Assembly: GCF_002087085.1 (NCBI RefSeq)
Contig: NZ_MWQY01000009.1
Coordinates: 1 to 64,000 of the forward strand
Length of the DNA: 64,000 bases
Direction of reading: 5' to 3'
The position numbers were made by a program, and so were the translations under genes. The notes under the pieces were generated by a model. The model had not been told where the DNA came from. It saw nothing but the letters and a program-made list of their open reading frames with translations, and searched no databases. Below, one piece after another: positions 48,531 to 58,618 of this stretch. Within the stretch, counting starts at the first letter, position 1. Every line of letters starts with the position of its first letter.

Positions 48531-49514
48531 ATGCCGGTAATTACATTCAGAGAAGCATTACGACAAGCCATGGACGAGGAGATGGCCCGGGACGATCGGG
48601 TCTTTCTGCTGGGAGAAGAAGTCGCCCAGTACAACGGCGCCTACAAGGTAACCCAGGGCTTGTGGGAAAAATACGGAGATAAACGTGTCGTCGACACGCC
48701 GATAACCGAGGAAGGCTTTACCGGCCTCGGGGTAGGTGCAGCCATGGTGGGGCTACGGCCCATTGTTGAGTGGATGACCTTAAATTTTGCCCTGATGGCC
48801 TATGACCAGGTGGTATCCAATGCCGCCAAAACGCGATATATGTCCGGCGGTCAGTTCAAACTGCCTATGGTCATGCGGGGCCCCAATGGTCCGGCTGAAT
48901 ATCTGGCCGCCCAGCACTCCCAGGCGCTTCAGTCCATATTTGCCCATATTCCCGGGCTCAAGGTTGTATCTCCCTCTACCCCCTACGACGCCAAGGGCCT
49001 GTTGAAAACCTCGATCAGGGACGACAACCCGGTAATCTTTCTCGAAGGAGAACTGATGTATGCCTGGAAGGGAGAAGTGCCCGAGGAGGAGTACCTGATA
49101 CCCCTGGGAAAGGCTGATGTAAAGCGGGAAGGCAGCGACGTTAGCCTCGTGAGTTACGGAAAGCCGATGCGGGTAACCCTGGAGGCGGCGGAGAAACTCG
49201 AAAAGGAAGGAATAAATGCGGAGGTAATCGATCTTCGCAGCATAAAACCCCTCGACGAGGAAGCCGTTTACGCTTCGGTACGCAAGACCCACTGCTGTGT
49301 GATTGTCGAGGAGTCCTGGCCCTTCGCGTCGGTGGGTTCCCACCTTGGATGGCTGATTTCCAGGAATGCCTTTGATTATCTGGACGCCCCGGTTGAGATG
49401 GTGGCCTCGGAGGAGGTCCCCATGCCCTACAACCATAAGCTTGAGCTCGCAGTACAACCCCAGGTACCGAAGATTGTCGCCGCCGCCAAAAAGGTCCTCT
49501 ACCTGGACAACTGA
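48531..49514 (+). CDS. pdhB: pyruvate dehydrogenase E1 beta
   Basis: FREALRQAMDEEM, GAYKVT, DTPITE, AAQHSQ, IDLRSIKPLD; start ATG 48531 after AGGAGGAGG. Confidence 0.96.
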   Translation: MPVITFREALRQAMDEEMARDDRVFLLGEEVAQYNGAYKVTQGLWEKYGDKRVVDTPITEEGFTGLGVGAAMVGLRPIVEWMTLNFALMAYDQVVSNAAKTRYMSGGQFKLPMVMRGPNGPAEYLAAQHSQALQSIFAHIPGLKVVSPSTPYDAKGLLKTSIRDDNPVIFLEGELMYAWKGEVPEEEYLIPLGKADVKREGSDVSLVSYGKPMRVTLEAAEKLEKEGINAEVIDLRSIKPLDEEAVYASVRKTHCCVIVEESWPFASVGSHLGWLISRNAFDYLDAPVEMVASEEVPMPYNHKLELAVQPQVPKIVAAAKKVLYLDN

Positions 49515-49539
49515 ATAGAAATATAGGAGAAGCTAGAGT

Positions 49540-50841
49540 ATGGCAGAACAAATATTGATGCTGGCCCTCTCCCCCACCATGGAAGAGGGAACCATAGCAA
49601 CGTGGAAAAAAAAGGAAGGCGACAAGGTATCAGAGGGAGATATAATCTGTGAGGTCGAGACCGACAAGGCGACCATGGATTACGAAAGCATACAGGAAGG
49701 GGTGCTCCTTAAAATCCTCGTCCCTGAAGGTGAAGACGCCGCTGTCGGTGTTCCCATAGCCATTATCGGGGAGGAGGGAGAAGATATCTCCGCCCTCGAA
49801 AAAGAGGCTTCTGAAACCGCCAAGGAGGCGGAAAAAGAAGAGGAAGCTGCCGGGGCCTCCGCGTCAGAAGAAAAGCCTGAAGCGAAGAAAGATAAACAGG
49901 AGAAGCCTGAAACTGCAGAAGACAAGACAGAAAAGGAGAGAGCAGACAAGCCCGCCGCAAAAAAGGAAGCGGTCACCACCGACGGATGGGTAAAAGCATC
50001 TCCCCTGGCCAGGGAGATAGCCCGGCAGAGGGGAATCGATATTGCTGCAATCGAGGGAAGCGGTCCCGGGGGCCGGGTCGTTAAAAAGGACGTCGAGTCT
50101 GCCCCGACCAGAGCCGGACGACCGGCAGCCTCTGGATTTGCACCGGCCCGGGCGGCAGGAGAGGACCGCACGGTCAAGGTCTCCAAAATGCGCAAGGCCA
50201 TTGCCGGCCGTCTGGCGGAATCAAAGTTCACCGCACCCCACTTCTACCTGAATGTCTCGGTCAGGGGCGAAGCCCTTATGGAGGCCAGAAACAGGATCAA
50301 TAAATCCCTCCAGGAAAAGATATCCGTAAACGCCTTTATCATGAAGCTGGCTGCGGAAGCGCTCAGGCGTCACCCCCGGGTTAACGCGGCCTGGGAGGGC
50401 GATACCATCAGGGAGTTCGGATCCGTTGACATAGGATTGGCGGTGGCCCTGGATGACGGGCTGATAACCCCTGTGGTACGAAACTGCGGAAACAAGGGAA
50501 TCGTCGAAATCGACGGCGAACTGAAGGAACTGATCCCCAGGGCTCAGGAAGGAAAACTCGCACCCGAAGAATACAGCGGAGCGGGATTCTCTGTCAGCAA
50601 CCTGGGTTCCTTCGGTATCGAGGAGTTTACCGCGATCATCAACCCCCCGGGATCGGCAATCCTTGCCGTGGGCACCCTGAACAAGGTTCCGGTGGTCCAG
50701 GAAGACGGGAGTCTCGGAACGGGGCTTGTCATGAAGTTTACCCTCTCCTGCGACCACAGGGTAGTCGACGGGGCGGAGGGTGCACGCTTTATGGCGACCC
50801 TCAAAAACAACTTTGAAAACCCCATGTCGGCTCTTCTCTAG
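49540..50841 (+). CDS. pdhC: dihydrolipoamide acetyltransferase E2
   Basis: Lipoyl domain EVETDKATM, ASPLAR E3-binding domain, DHRVVDG catalytic motif. Confidence 0.96.
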   Translation: MAEQILMLALSPTMEEGTIATWKKKEGDKVSEGDIICEVETDKATMDYESIQEGVLLKILVPEGEDAAVGVPIAIIGEEGEDISALEKEASETAKEAEKEEEAAGASASEEKPEAKKDKQEKPETAEDKTEKERADKPAAKKEAVTTDGWVKASPLAREIARQRGIDIAAIEGSGPGGRVVKKDVESAPTRAGRPAASGFAPARAAGEDRTVKVSKMRKAIAGRLAESKFTAPHFYLNVSVRGEALMEARNRINKSLQEKISVNAFIMKLAAEALRRHPRVNAAWEGDTIREFGSVDIGLAVALDDGLITPVVRNCGNKGIVEIDGELKELIPRAQEGKLAPEEYSGAGFSVSNLGSFGIEEFTAIINPPGSAILAVGTLNKVPVVQEDGSLGTGLVMKFTLSCDHRVVDGAEGARFMATLKNNFENPMSALL

Positions 50842-50948
50842 GGAGTGAAGAGATGAAAAAGCGAAAGAACGGGTCCCCGGGCTTTCGCGCCAGGCAGAGC
50901 GGAGCCGGAGGCAGCATGCCGATGGCGACCGTAAGAAAGGAGTACTGA

Positions 50949-52352
50949 ATGAGCGAAATAAGCACTGATCTTGCGATTCTCGGTGCGGGCCCCGGCGGTT
51001 ATGTGGCCGCCATACGGGCCGCCCAGCTGGGTCTCAAGGTAACGATAATAGAAAAGGAAAAGCTCGGAGGGGTCTGCCTTAACATAGGCTGCATTCCTTC
51101 CAAGGCTCTGATTCATCAGGCGGAGATCTTCAGACATGCCAGAGAAGCGGAAGCCCTGGGCATAAAGCTGGACCTCTCGGGCTTTGATTACGGCAGGGTC
51201 TTCAAGAAATCCAGGTCCGCCGCGGACCGGCTCTCCAAGGGCGTCGGTTTCCTGATGAAAAAGAACGAAATTCAGGTAGTTAACGGTACGGGGACTATAC
51301 TGGAGCCGGGCCTTATTGAGGTTACCGGAGCTGAGAACAAGAAAACACAGGTAAAGGCAAAAAACATAATCATAGCCACCGGCTCCCGACCACGCTCCAT
51401 TCCGGGCTTCGATTTTAATGAGAAAACAGTTCTCTCATCCACCGGCGCCCTGATGCTGGAGGAGTTGCCGAAGCGGCTGGTTATTCTTGGTGCCGGTGCC
51501 ATAGGCTGCGAGTTCGCCCATATAATGAGCAGCTTCGGTACGGAGGTTACCCTGGTGGAGATGCTGGACCAGATTCTCCCTGCAGAGGACCCGGATGCAT
51601 CCAAAGTCCTGGCGGCGGACTTCAAGAAACGGAAGATAGCTATCCACGTAAAAACAAGGGCCCTGGGATATAAAGAGACGAAAGAGGGACTCAGCATAGA
51701 GCTTGAAGGACCGGAGGGTAAGAAAAACACCATCACGGCTGATAAATTGCTTGTGGTAACTGGCAGAGTGCCCAACACCGGAGAGATCGGGCTTGAAAAC
51801 CTTGGAATAGCTTCGGAGAAGGGATTCATTCCCGTTGGCGATTTCTACCAGACCACCGTACCCCATGTTTATGCCATCGGGGATGTCGTATCGACTCCCC
51901 TGCTTGCCCACGTGGCCAGCAAGGAGGGAGAAATCGCCGTGGAACATATTGCAGGGCACTCTCCCGCTCCCGGGATCGATCCGAACCTCATTCCATCCGC
52001 CGTCTATACGGAACCGGAGATCGCCAGCTTCGGACTTACCAAAGACAAGGCCATACTGAAAGGTTTTTCCGCAGCTGAAACCAGCTTTCCCTACCGGGGA
52101 GCGGGAAAAGCGGTGGCCACCGAAGCGGCAGAAGGGATGGTGAAGATAGTCTACGATACGGGATCAAAGGAGATTCTTGGAGCCCATATCACCGGCAGCA
52201 GGGCAACGGAGATACTGCATGAGGTACTTCTGGCTAAATCATCTGAACTGCTGCCGGAGGACGTTGCTTCCATGATCCATGCCCACCCGACTCTGTCGGA
52301 AACGGTAATGGAATCAATGAAGATGATAGAAGGGGCTGCCATACATATTTAG
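50949..52352 (+). CDS. lpdA: dihydrolipoamide dehydrogenase E3
   Basis: GAGPGGY, GGVCLNIGCIPSK, GAGAIG, HAHPTLSE. Confidence 0.96.
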   Translation: MSEISTDLAILGAGPGGYVAAIRAAQLGLKVTIIEKEKLGGVCLNIGCIPSKALIHQAEIFRHAREAEALGIKLDLSGFDYGRVFKKSRSAADRLSKGVGFLMKKNEIQVVNGTGTILEPGLIEVTGAENKKTQVKAKNIIIATGSRPRSIPGFDFNEKTVLSSTGALMLEELPKRLVILGAGAIGCEFAHIMSSFGTEVTLVEMLDQILPAEDPDASKVLAADFKKRKIAIHVKTRALGYKETKEGLSIELEGPEGKKNTITADKLLVVTGRVPNTGEIGLENLGIASEKGFIPVGDFYQTTVPHVYAIGDVVSTPLLAHVASKEGEIAVEHIAGHSPAPGIDPNLIPSAVYTEPEIASFGLTKDKAILKGFSAAETSFPYRGAGKAVATEAAEGMVKIVYDTGSKEILGAHITGSRATEILHEVLLAKSSELLPEDVASMIHAHPTLSETVMESMKMIEGAAIHI

Positions 52353-52415
52353 TGGTCCCCGGGGAACTACTTTAGTATATTGATAAGGATTATAAATCAG
52401 TATAAGGAGATAATT

Positions 52416-52922
52416 ATGGAACGATCTGTTTCAACCATGCACGGAAACGCAATAACCCTGGTAGGTCAGGAACTGAAAGTCGGAGACAAGGCGCCGGATT
52501 TTACTGTCCTGGATAATGAACTGATGCCGAAATCCCTGAGTGACTACGCCGGGAAAAAGAAGCTCATCAGCGTCGTGCCCTCCCTGGACACAGGCGTGTG
52601 CGATGCCCAGACCCGCAGATTCAACGAGGAGGCGTCGAAACTTGGCGCTGATGTTGTAATTCTCACCATCAGTATGGACCTGCCTTTTGCCCAGAAGCGC
52701 TGGTGCGGTGCAGCCGGGGTGGATCAGGTAATAACCCTTTCGGACCATCGGGACGCGGATTTCGGACAGCGCTACGGTATGCTGATCAAGGAACTCAGGC
52801 TGTTGAACCGCGGTATTTTCGTTGTTGATGAAAACGACGTCATACGCTACATTGAAACAGTAAAAGAGAATACAAATCACCCCGACTATGATGCCGCGCT
52901 GAAGGCTCTTAAAGCATTATAG
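52416..52922 (+). CDS. tpx: thiol peroxidase
   Basis: [27 protein letters not shown]; start ATG 52416 after AAGGAG. Confidence 0.95.
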   Translation: MERSVSTMHGNAITLVGQELKVGDKAPDFTVLDNELMPKSLSDYAGKKKLISVVPSLDTGVCDAQTRRFNEEASKLGADVVILTISMDLPFAQKRWCGAAGVDQVITLSDHRDADFGQRYGMLIKELRLLNRGIFVVDENDVIRYIETVKENTNHPDYDAALKALKAL

Positions 52923-52963
52923 GTCTCTCCCTGGAAGGAGAGTTCCGGGGAAAAGAGGGATCA

Positions 52964-54160
52964 ATGATTGCGACGAGCTTACGTGATAATGTCTATGCAA
53001 TAACAGTTAACGATCGGACCACAGACCTTTTCGAAGGTCTGTGGCCCATCAGTCAGGAGGGGGTTTCCTACAACTCCTATCTGATTCAGGACGAAAAGAC
53101 GGCCCTGATCGATCTGACCAAGGAGTTCAAAACCGATGAGCTCTTTGACAATGTGGGGATGATCAAGTCCCTGAAAGAGATTGATTACCTTGTGGTCAAT
53201 CATATGGAACCGGACCACACCGGAGCAATGAAAGCCCTCAACCGTCTTAATCCGGATATAACCATCCTCTGCACCCCCAAGGCACGTCCCATGATAGAAA
53301 ACTATTACGGGATTACCGAGAACGTGCGGGAGGTATCCGACGGAGAGGAGATCTCCCTGGGTAAAAAGACCCTGAAGTTCTTCCATACCCCCTTTGTTCA
53401 CTGGCCGGAAACCATGATGACCTATCTGGTGGAGGAGAAAATCCTCTTCTCCTGCGACGGTTTCGGCGGTTACGGAGCTCTTACAGGGGCGATATTCGAT
53501 GACCAGATACGGGACCTGGATTTCTATATCAAGGAGTCCCTGCGCTACTATACGAATATTGTCGCCAAGTTTACAAAGCCTGTCCTCAATGCCATAGAAA
53601 AACTGGCTGACTATCCCATCGAGATTATAGCCCCTTCCCACGGCCTGATATGGCGGGGGAATCCCGGTAAAATCGTGGAACTCTATCAGAAGTGGTCCGA
53701 ATACGGAAAGGGGGATAACGAAAAAGGCGTTACCCTGCTGTACGGGACCATGTATGGAAATACCGAGACCATGATGAACCACGTAGCCAGGGGACTCGGT
53801 TCCGAGGGTGTCCCGGTCGATATCTTCGATGTCGCCCGTACCCATATGAGCTATATCCTTCCCTCCCTCTGGGTGAACCGGGGAGTCATTATCGGGGCCC
53901 CGACCTACGAGGGAAGCCTTTACCCCGCCATGTCCCTGGCTCTGGAGGAGGCATCGATTAAACGCGTATTAAACAAAAAAGCGGCCTATTTCGGCAGCTT
54001 CGGCTGGTCCGGCGGGGCCCTGCGGCAAATACAGAAGATGGTTGAACCCCTGAAATGGGAAATCCTGGACACCCTGGAGTTTCCCGGCGGTCCCACCGAC
54101 AAGGAGCTGGAAAAAGCCTTTGAGTTCGGCGCCGCCTTTGGCCGCAGCATCAAGGCCTGA
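52964..54160 (+). CDS. fprA: flavodiiron protein (FprA, A-type flavoprotein; O2/NO reductase)
   Basis: YNSYLI, NHMEPDH, HWPE, SCDGFG, PSHG, TMYGNT, GSFGWSG. Confidence 0.93.
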   Translation: MIATSLRDNVYAITVNDRTTDLFEGLWPISQEGVSYNSYLIQDEKTALIDLTKEFKTDELFDNVGMIKSLKEIDYLVVNHMEPDHTGAMKALNRLNPDITILCTPKARPMIENYYGITENVREVSDGEEISLGKKTLKFFHTPFVHWPETMMTYLVEEKILFSCDGFGGYGALTGAIFDDQIRDLDFYIKESLRYYTNIVAKFTKPVLNAIEKLADYPIEIIAPSHGLIWRGNPGKIVELYQKWSEYGKGDNEKGVTLLYGTMYGNTETMMNHVARGLGSEGVPVDIFDVARTHMSYILPSLWVNRGVIIGAPTYEGSLYPAMSLALEEASIKRVLNKKAAYFGSFGWSGGALRQIQKMVEPLKWEILDTLEFPGGPTDKELEKAFEFGAAFGRSIKA

Positions 54161-54181
54161 TCAGATCAGTCTGAAGAATAT

Positions 54182-54217
54182 AAAACTGCCGGGATAATAA
54201 TTCCGGCAGTCTTTTTT
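54182..54217. terminator. bidirectional terminator between fprA and the DUF190 gene
   Basis: ACTGCCGG...CCGGCAGT flanked by AAAA and CTTTTTT. Confidence 0.75.
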
Positions 54218-54228
54218 ATAGGGCTCCC

Positions 54229-54570
54229 TTATGTACCCCCGCTGTGGCGATACAGGAGAACCTCCAGGTTCTCCAGGGTTACCATTCCGTTATCGACCAT
54301 CGAGTCGATAAGCGGCAAAAAGGCTTCGATCTTTTCGGGGGTGTCCACAATTTCGACAATAACCGGAAGATCTTCCGAGAGTCTCAGGATTTTAGCCGTA
54401 TGAATGCGGCTCTTTTTTCCAAACCCCATCAGCCCCTTGACAACAGTTGCACCGGCAAGGCCCTGCCGCCGCGCCTCACGGACGATTGCCTCGTAGAGGG
54501 GGCGATGATCGTGACGGTCAGCTTCACCAATATAGATTCGAAGCATCTTTGCATCCCCGGATAATTCCAT
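54229..54570 (-). CDS. DUF190 (PII-like) protein
   Basis: LRIYIGEAD, GLAGATV, IHTAKILRLSEDLPVIVEIVD; follows crcB. Confidence 0.92.
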   Translation of the reverse strand: MELSGDAKMLRIYIGEADRHDHRPLYEAIVREARRQGLAGATVVKGLMGFGKKSRIHTAKILRLSEDLPVIVEIVDTPEKIEAFLPLIDSMVDNGMVTLENLEVLLYRHSGGT

Positions 54571-54582
54571 TGAAGCTCCTCC

Positions 54583-54960
54583 TTATATTAATCGTCCTAT
54601 CATCAGACCAAGAAAAAAAGCGGCTATTCCGCTTGTTACCTGAAACAGAACATTGCCGAAGCCTGCAAGCAGCTGCGAGTCGGCAAACAAAAGACCGGTT
54701 TCCGAAATGAAGGTGGAGAAGGTCGTAAAGGCTCCCATGAAGCCACCGAGAATGATGATACGCAGTTCAGGGCTGACAAGATTGCGTTCCCCCGACGCCG
54801 ACCAGATAATCCCGAAAAGCAGGCTTCCGAGGATATTTACCACCGCGGTTCCCCAGGGAAAGGAACTGCCCAGCCACCTGTAGACCAGTCCGCTGAGGCC
54901 GTATCGTGCCAGTGTGCCGCAGGCGCCCGCGGCGGCCAGCCAGAATAGTTTTTCAATCAT
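54583..54960 (-). CDS. crcB: fluoride channel Fluc/CrcB
   Basis: GTLARY, FPWGTAVVNILGS, GFMGAFTTFSTF; start ATG 54960. Confidence 0.93.
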   Translation of the reverse strand: MIEKLFWLAAAGACGTLARYGLSGLVYRWLGSSFPWGTAVVNILGSLLFGIIWSASGERNLVSPELRIIILGGFMGAFTTFSTFISETGLLFADSQLLAGFGNVLFQVTSGIAAFFLGLMIGRLI

Positions 54961-55007
54961 TATACCGTCCTGTTTCCCCTCAGCGACTATAGCATGGGGG
55001 AGGATAT

Positions 55008-55035
55008 AAAAAAACCGCCCCGCGGAACGGGGCGG
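55008..55035 (-). terminator. intrinsic terminator of the hydrogenase operon
   Basis: Minus strand CCGCCCCG-TTCCG-CGGGGCGG followed by TTTTTTT. Confidence 0.85.
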
Positions 55036-55053
55036 CATGTGGACTGTTCTTTT

Positions 55054-56796
55054 CTATTTTCGGTAGAGCGGACGGGGGGTGTAATTCGTGTGGAGCAGTT
55101 CGTGGGCCTTCTTGCTGAGAGGCTTGCCGAGGAACTCCTTGTAGATCTGCTTAATCTCCGGGTTCTGGTGGGAACAGCGGATAACGGATTTTTCGTCATC
55201 GGCATACATACCGGCAATCCTTTTCTCACGTACATCGTCGGTTGTGTTGTAGGGCTGTCCGCCACCGGCGATACATCCGCCCCGGCAGGCCATTACCTCG
55301 ATAAAATGGTAGGGAGGCTCTTTTCCCTTCTCCCGGGCATCCTGAATCTCCCGCATAACATCCCGCACATTGGCCATTCCGTGGGCGACAGCCACACGGA
55401 CCTTTGTACCGTCGATGTCCACTTCACCGCGACGGACACCTTCCATACCGCGTACGGCATTGACCTTAACATCCTCCAGCTCTTTCCCGGTAACCAGGTT
55501 GTAGGCGGTTCGGATGGCTGCTTCCATAACGCCACCGGTGTTTCCAAAGATGGTACCGGCACCGGAGTAGCGTCCGATGGGAGAATCGGCTGCTTCATCG
55601 GGAAGGGAGTTAAAGTCGATGCCCAGGGCTTTAATAAGACGTGCAAGTTCCCGGGTGGTAAGTACAAGGTCCACGTCCTGCTGGCCCGAGGAGTACATCT
55701 TTTCGCAGCGGGTAATCTCGAACTTCTTGGCGGTGCAGGGCATGATCGCTGCAGAGAAGATATTCTCAGGCTTGATGCCCGCCCGGTCAGCGTAATAGGT
55801 CTTGGTTATTGCTCCCTGCATCATCATGGGACTCTTGGCGGTTGAGAAGTGGGGAATCATATCCGGGAAATACTTCTCCATATAGTCGGTCCAGGCAGGG
55901 CAGCAGCTGGTTATCTGGGGCAGAGTTCCCCCCTCGGTCAGGCGCTTTACGAGCTCGGTACCCTCTTCCATGATGGTCAGGTCTGCGGAAAAGTTGGTAT
56001 CAAAAACCGCATCCACACCCATCATACGCAGGGCTGCATAAATCTTGCCGGTACTGATGGTACCGGGCGCCATGCCAAAAGCCTCTCCGATGGCAACCCG
56101 CACTGCCGGGGCAATCTGGACCGCGACATGTTTTTCCGGATCCCGTATTGCCCTCATAAGGGTGCGGGTCTCATCTTTTTCGTAAATGGCGCCTACGGGA
56201 CAATGAGCTGAACACTGGCCGCACTTGATACAGGGTGTTTCATTCAGCAGAACATCCCCCGCTCCAGCCATACGGGTTCCATCCCCGCGGCCGATGAACT
56301 CCAGAGCCCATACGTCCTGCATCTGCTGGCATACGTTTACACAGCGTCCGCATTTGATGCATTTTTCGGGGTTAAGAATTATCGACGGGGTTGAATCGTC
56401 CAGGGGAATCTCGGGAACCCGGTGTTCAAAGGGAACATCCCGGATACCGAAGTCCGCAGCCAGGGTCTGGAGTTCACAGTTGCCGTTTCTCGGACAACTC
56501 AGGCAGTCGTTGGGATGGGTGGACATGATCAGCTGGATCACGGTGCGCCGGATCTCGTAGAGCTCCGGATCATGGGTTATTATCTTCATTCCATCCTGGA
56601 CCTGGGTGGCACAGGCTCTGAAGAGTTTCGGGGATCCCTCAACCTTGACAACACATATTCCACAGGCTGCCCAGGCGGGGAGGTCGGCATGATAGCAGAG
56701 GGTTGGAATCTTGATTCCCACCAATTTAGCCGCTTTAAGAAGGGTCGTTCCTTTTGCAACCTCAAGGGGCAAGCCGTTAACCGTTATATTTACCAT
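55054..56796 (-). CDS. [FeFe]-hydrogenase catalytic subunit, group A3 (HydA/HndD-like)
   Basis: H-cluster motifs TSCCPAW, MPCTAKKFE, EVMACRGGCIAGGGQP; N-terminal 2Fe-2S, His-ligated 4Fe-4S and 2x4Fe-4S domains. Confidence 0.96.
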   Translation of the reverse strand: MVNITVNGLPLEVAKGTTLLKAAKLVGIKIPTLCYHADLPAWAACGICVVKVEGSPKLFRACATQVQDGMKIITHDPELYEIRRTVIQLIMSTHPNDCLSCPRNGNCELQTLAADFGIRDVPFEHRVPEIPLDDSTPSIILNPEKCIKCGRCVNVCQQMQDVWALEFIGRGDGTRMAGAGDVLLNETPCIKCGQCSAHCPVGAIYEKDETRTLMRAIRDPEKHVAVQIAPAVRVAIGEAFGMAPGTISTGKIYAALRMMGVDAVFDTNFSADLTIMEEGTELVKRLTEGGTLPQITSCCPAWTDYMEKYFPDMIPHFSTAKSPMMMQGAITKTYYADRAGIKPENIFSAAIMPCTAKKFEITRCEKMYSSGQQDVDLVLTTRELARLIKALGIDFNSLPDEAADSPIGRYSGAGTIFGNTGGVMEAAIRTAYNLVTGKELEDVKVNAVRGMEGVRRGEVDIDGTKVRVAVAHGMANVRDVMREIQDAREKGKEPPYHFIEVMACRGGCIAGGGQPYNTTDDVREKRIAGMYADDEKSVIRCSHQNPEIKQIYKEFLGKPLSKKAHELLHTNYTPRPLYRK

Positions 56797-56829
56797 AGTA
56801 CTGTTCTTCTCCTTATTCTCACCGGGTTC

Positions 56830-58617
56830 CTAGACCTTCAGCACCGCATCGAATTTACAAACCGTGTAACATTCGCCGCATTTTATGCACTGACTCTGAT
56901 CAATTTCGTGGGGCGCACGCTTTTCTCCACTGATACAGTTAACCGGACAGCGTCGGGCGCACAGACCACAGCCGATACACTTCTCGGGATTAATCTCGAA
57001 ACGCATCAGCTGCTTACACTTCCCGGCGGGACATTTTTTGTCTTCGATGTGGGCCTTGTATTCATCGATAAAATACTTGATGGTCGACAGGGTCGGGTTT
57101 GGAGCCGTCTGACCCAGTCCGCAGAGGGATGCCCGCTTCATGGCGGCCCCGATTGTTTCCAGCTTTTCGAGGTCCTCCATCTCTCCCTGTCCCTTGGTTA
57201 TCTTGTCGAGGATGTCATACATGGTCTTGCCGCCGACCCGGCAGGGAGCGCACTTACCGCAGGACTCATCCACACAGAAACCGAGGTAGAACTTGGCGAC
57301 GTCCACCATACAGTCGTCCTCATCCATGACGATGAGACCGCCGGACCCCATCATGGAACCAAGTTTGATCAGGTTGTCGTAATCGATGGGAGTGTCCAGG
57401 AAATCATCCTTGAGCACACCCCCGGAGGGTCCGCCGGTCTGGGCGGCCTTGAACTTCTTGCCGTCCTTTATACCACCGCCGATATCGAAGATGATCTCCC
57501 GCAGGGTGGTACCCATTGGTACTTCCACCAGACCGGAGTTGTTGATTTTTCCCGTAAGGGCAAAAACCTTGGTTCCGGTGGAACCTTCGGTACCTATTTT
57601 GGAGAACCACTCACCTCCCCTGGTTATTATAACCGGGATATTGGCCCAGGTCTCAACATTGTTGATTACCGTGGGCTTGCCCCAGATACCCTGAACTGCG
57701 GGAAAAGGAGGCCTGACTCTCGGCATACCCCGTTCTCCCTCGAGGGAAGCGATCAGGGCGGTTTCTTCACCGCAGACAAAGGCTCCGGCACCGAGGCGAA
57801 TCTCTATATCGAAATTGAAACCGCTCCCCAGTATGTCATCACCCAGCAGATTCATATCCCGCGCCTGCTGCATGGCGGTTTTGAGGCGCTTGATCGCCAG
57901 GGGATACTCGGCACGGATGTAGATATATCCCTTGCTGGCACCGACGGTCCGACCGGCAATGGTCATGGCCTCGAGAATGGAGTGAGGGTCTCCCTCGAGG
58001 GTCGAACGGTCCATGTAGGCACCGGGATCGCCTTCATCGGCGTTACAGGCGATATACTTTTCGCTCTCATCCACATCCTTGGTGAACTTCCACTTCATCC
58101 AGGTGGGAAAGCCGGCGCCGCCGCGTCCCCGGAGTTTGGACTTTTTCAGTTCCTCCAGGACATCCTCGGGGCTCATTTCGAAAAGAACCTTCTCCAGGGC
58201 GGCATACCCGTCCCGGGCAATGTATTCGTTTATATCATCGGGGTTGATGAATCCGCAGTTCCTTAAAACGATACGGAACTGCTTCTGATAAAATTCGATA
58301 TCCTCGAGGCCGGTACGGCTCATGCTCAGGGACTTGTCATAGAGCAGCCGGGGGACCTCGCGGCCTTTTACAAGGTGTTCAGCGACGATCTCTTTGGCGT
58401 CGTCCGGTTTTACCTGCACGTAAAAGGATTCGTCGGGAAGAACTTTAACGATGGGGCCCTGTTCACAAAAACCGAAACATCCGGTCTTGAGAATCTGGAC
58501 TTCTTCGCGGATTCCAGCCTTTTCAGCTTCGTGGATAAGGTTCCTGAAGATATCATCGGCCTTCGCGGACTCGCATCCGGTACCACCGCAGACAAGTACA
58601 TAATGTTTGAAGCTCAT
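56830..58617 (-). CDS. hydrogenase diaphorase subunit (HydB/HndC, NuoF-like)
   Basis: RGRGGAGFP, NADEGDPGAYMDR, FVCGEETAL, ESCGKCAPCRVG, C-terminal 2x4Fe-4S. Confidence 0.95.
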   Translation of the reverse strand: MSFKHYVLVCGGTGCESAKADDIFRNLIHEAEKAGIREEVQILKTGCFGFCEQGPIVKVLPDESFYVQVKPDDAKEIVAEHLVKGREVPRLLYDKSLSMSRTGLEDIEFYQKQFRIVLRNCGFINPDDINEYIARDGYAALEKVLFEMSPEDVLEELKKSKLRGRGGAGFPTWMKWKFTKDVDESEKYIACNADEGDPGAYMDRSTLEGDPHSILEAMTIAGRTVGASKGYIYIRAEYPLAIKRLKTAMQQARDMNLLGDDILGSGFNFDIEIRLGAGAFVCGEETALIASLEGERGMPRVRPPFPAVQGIWGKPTVINNVETWANIPVIITRGGEWFSKIGTEGSTGTKVFALTGKINNSGLVEVPMGTTLREIIFDIGGGIKDGKKFKAAQTGGPSGGVLKDDFLDTPIDYDNLIKLGSMMGSGGLIVMDEDDCMVDVAKFYLGFCVDESCGKCAPCRVGGKTMYDILDKITKGQGEMEDLEKLETIGAAMKRASLCGLGQTAPNPTLSTIKYFIDEYKAHIEDKKCPAGKCKQLMRFEINPEKCIGCGLCARRCPVNCISGEKRAPHEIDQSQCIKCGECYTVCKFDAVLKV

Positions 58618-58618
58618 C

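Noticed and set aside
50946..50948. In-frame TGA before lpdA as selenocysteine
   Set aside because: lpdA is complete from ATG 50949 with its own SD, and no Cys-equivalent position exists there
54961..55050. Fluoride riboswitch upstream of crcB
   Set aside because: No GGCGATGG...GCTAATGA-type consensus; the hairpin present is the hydrogenase terminator
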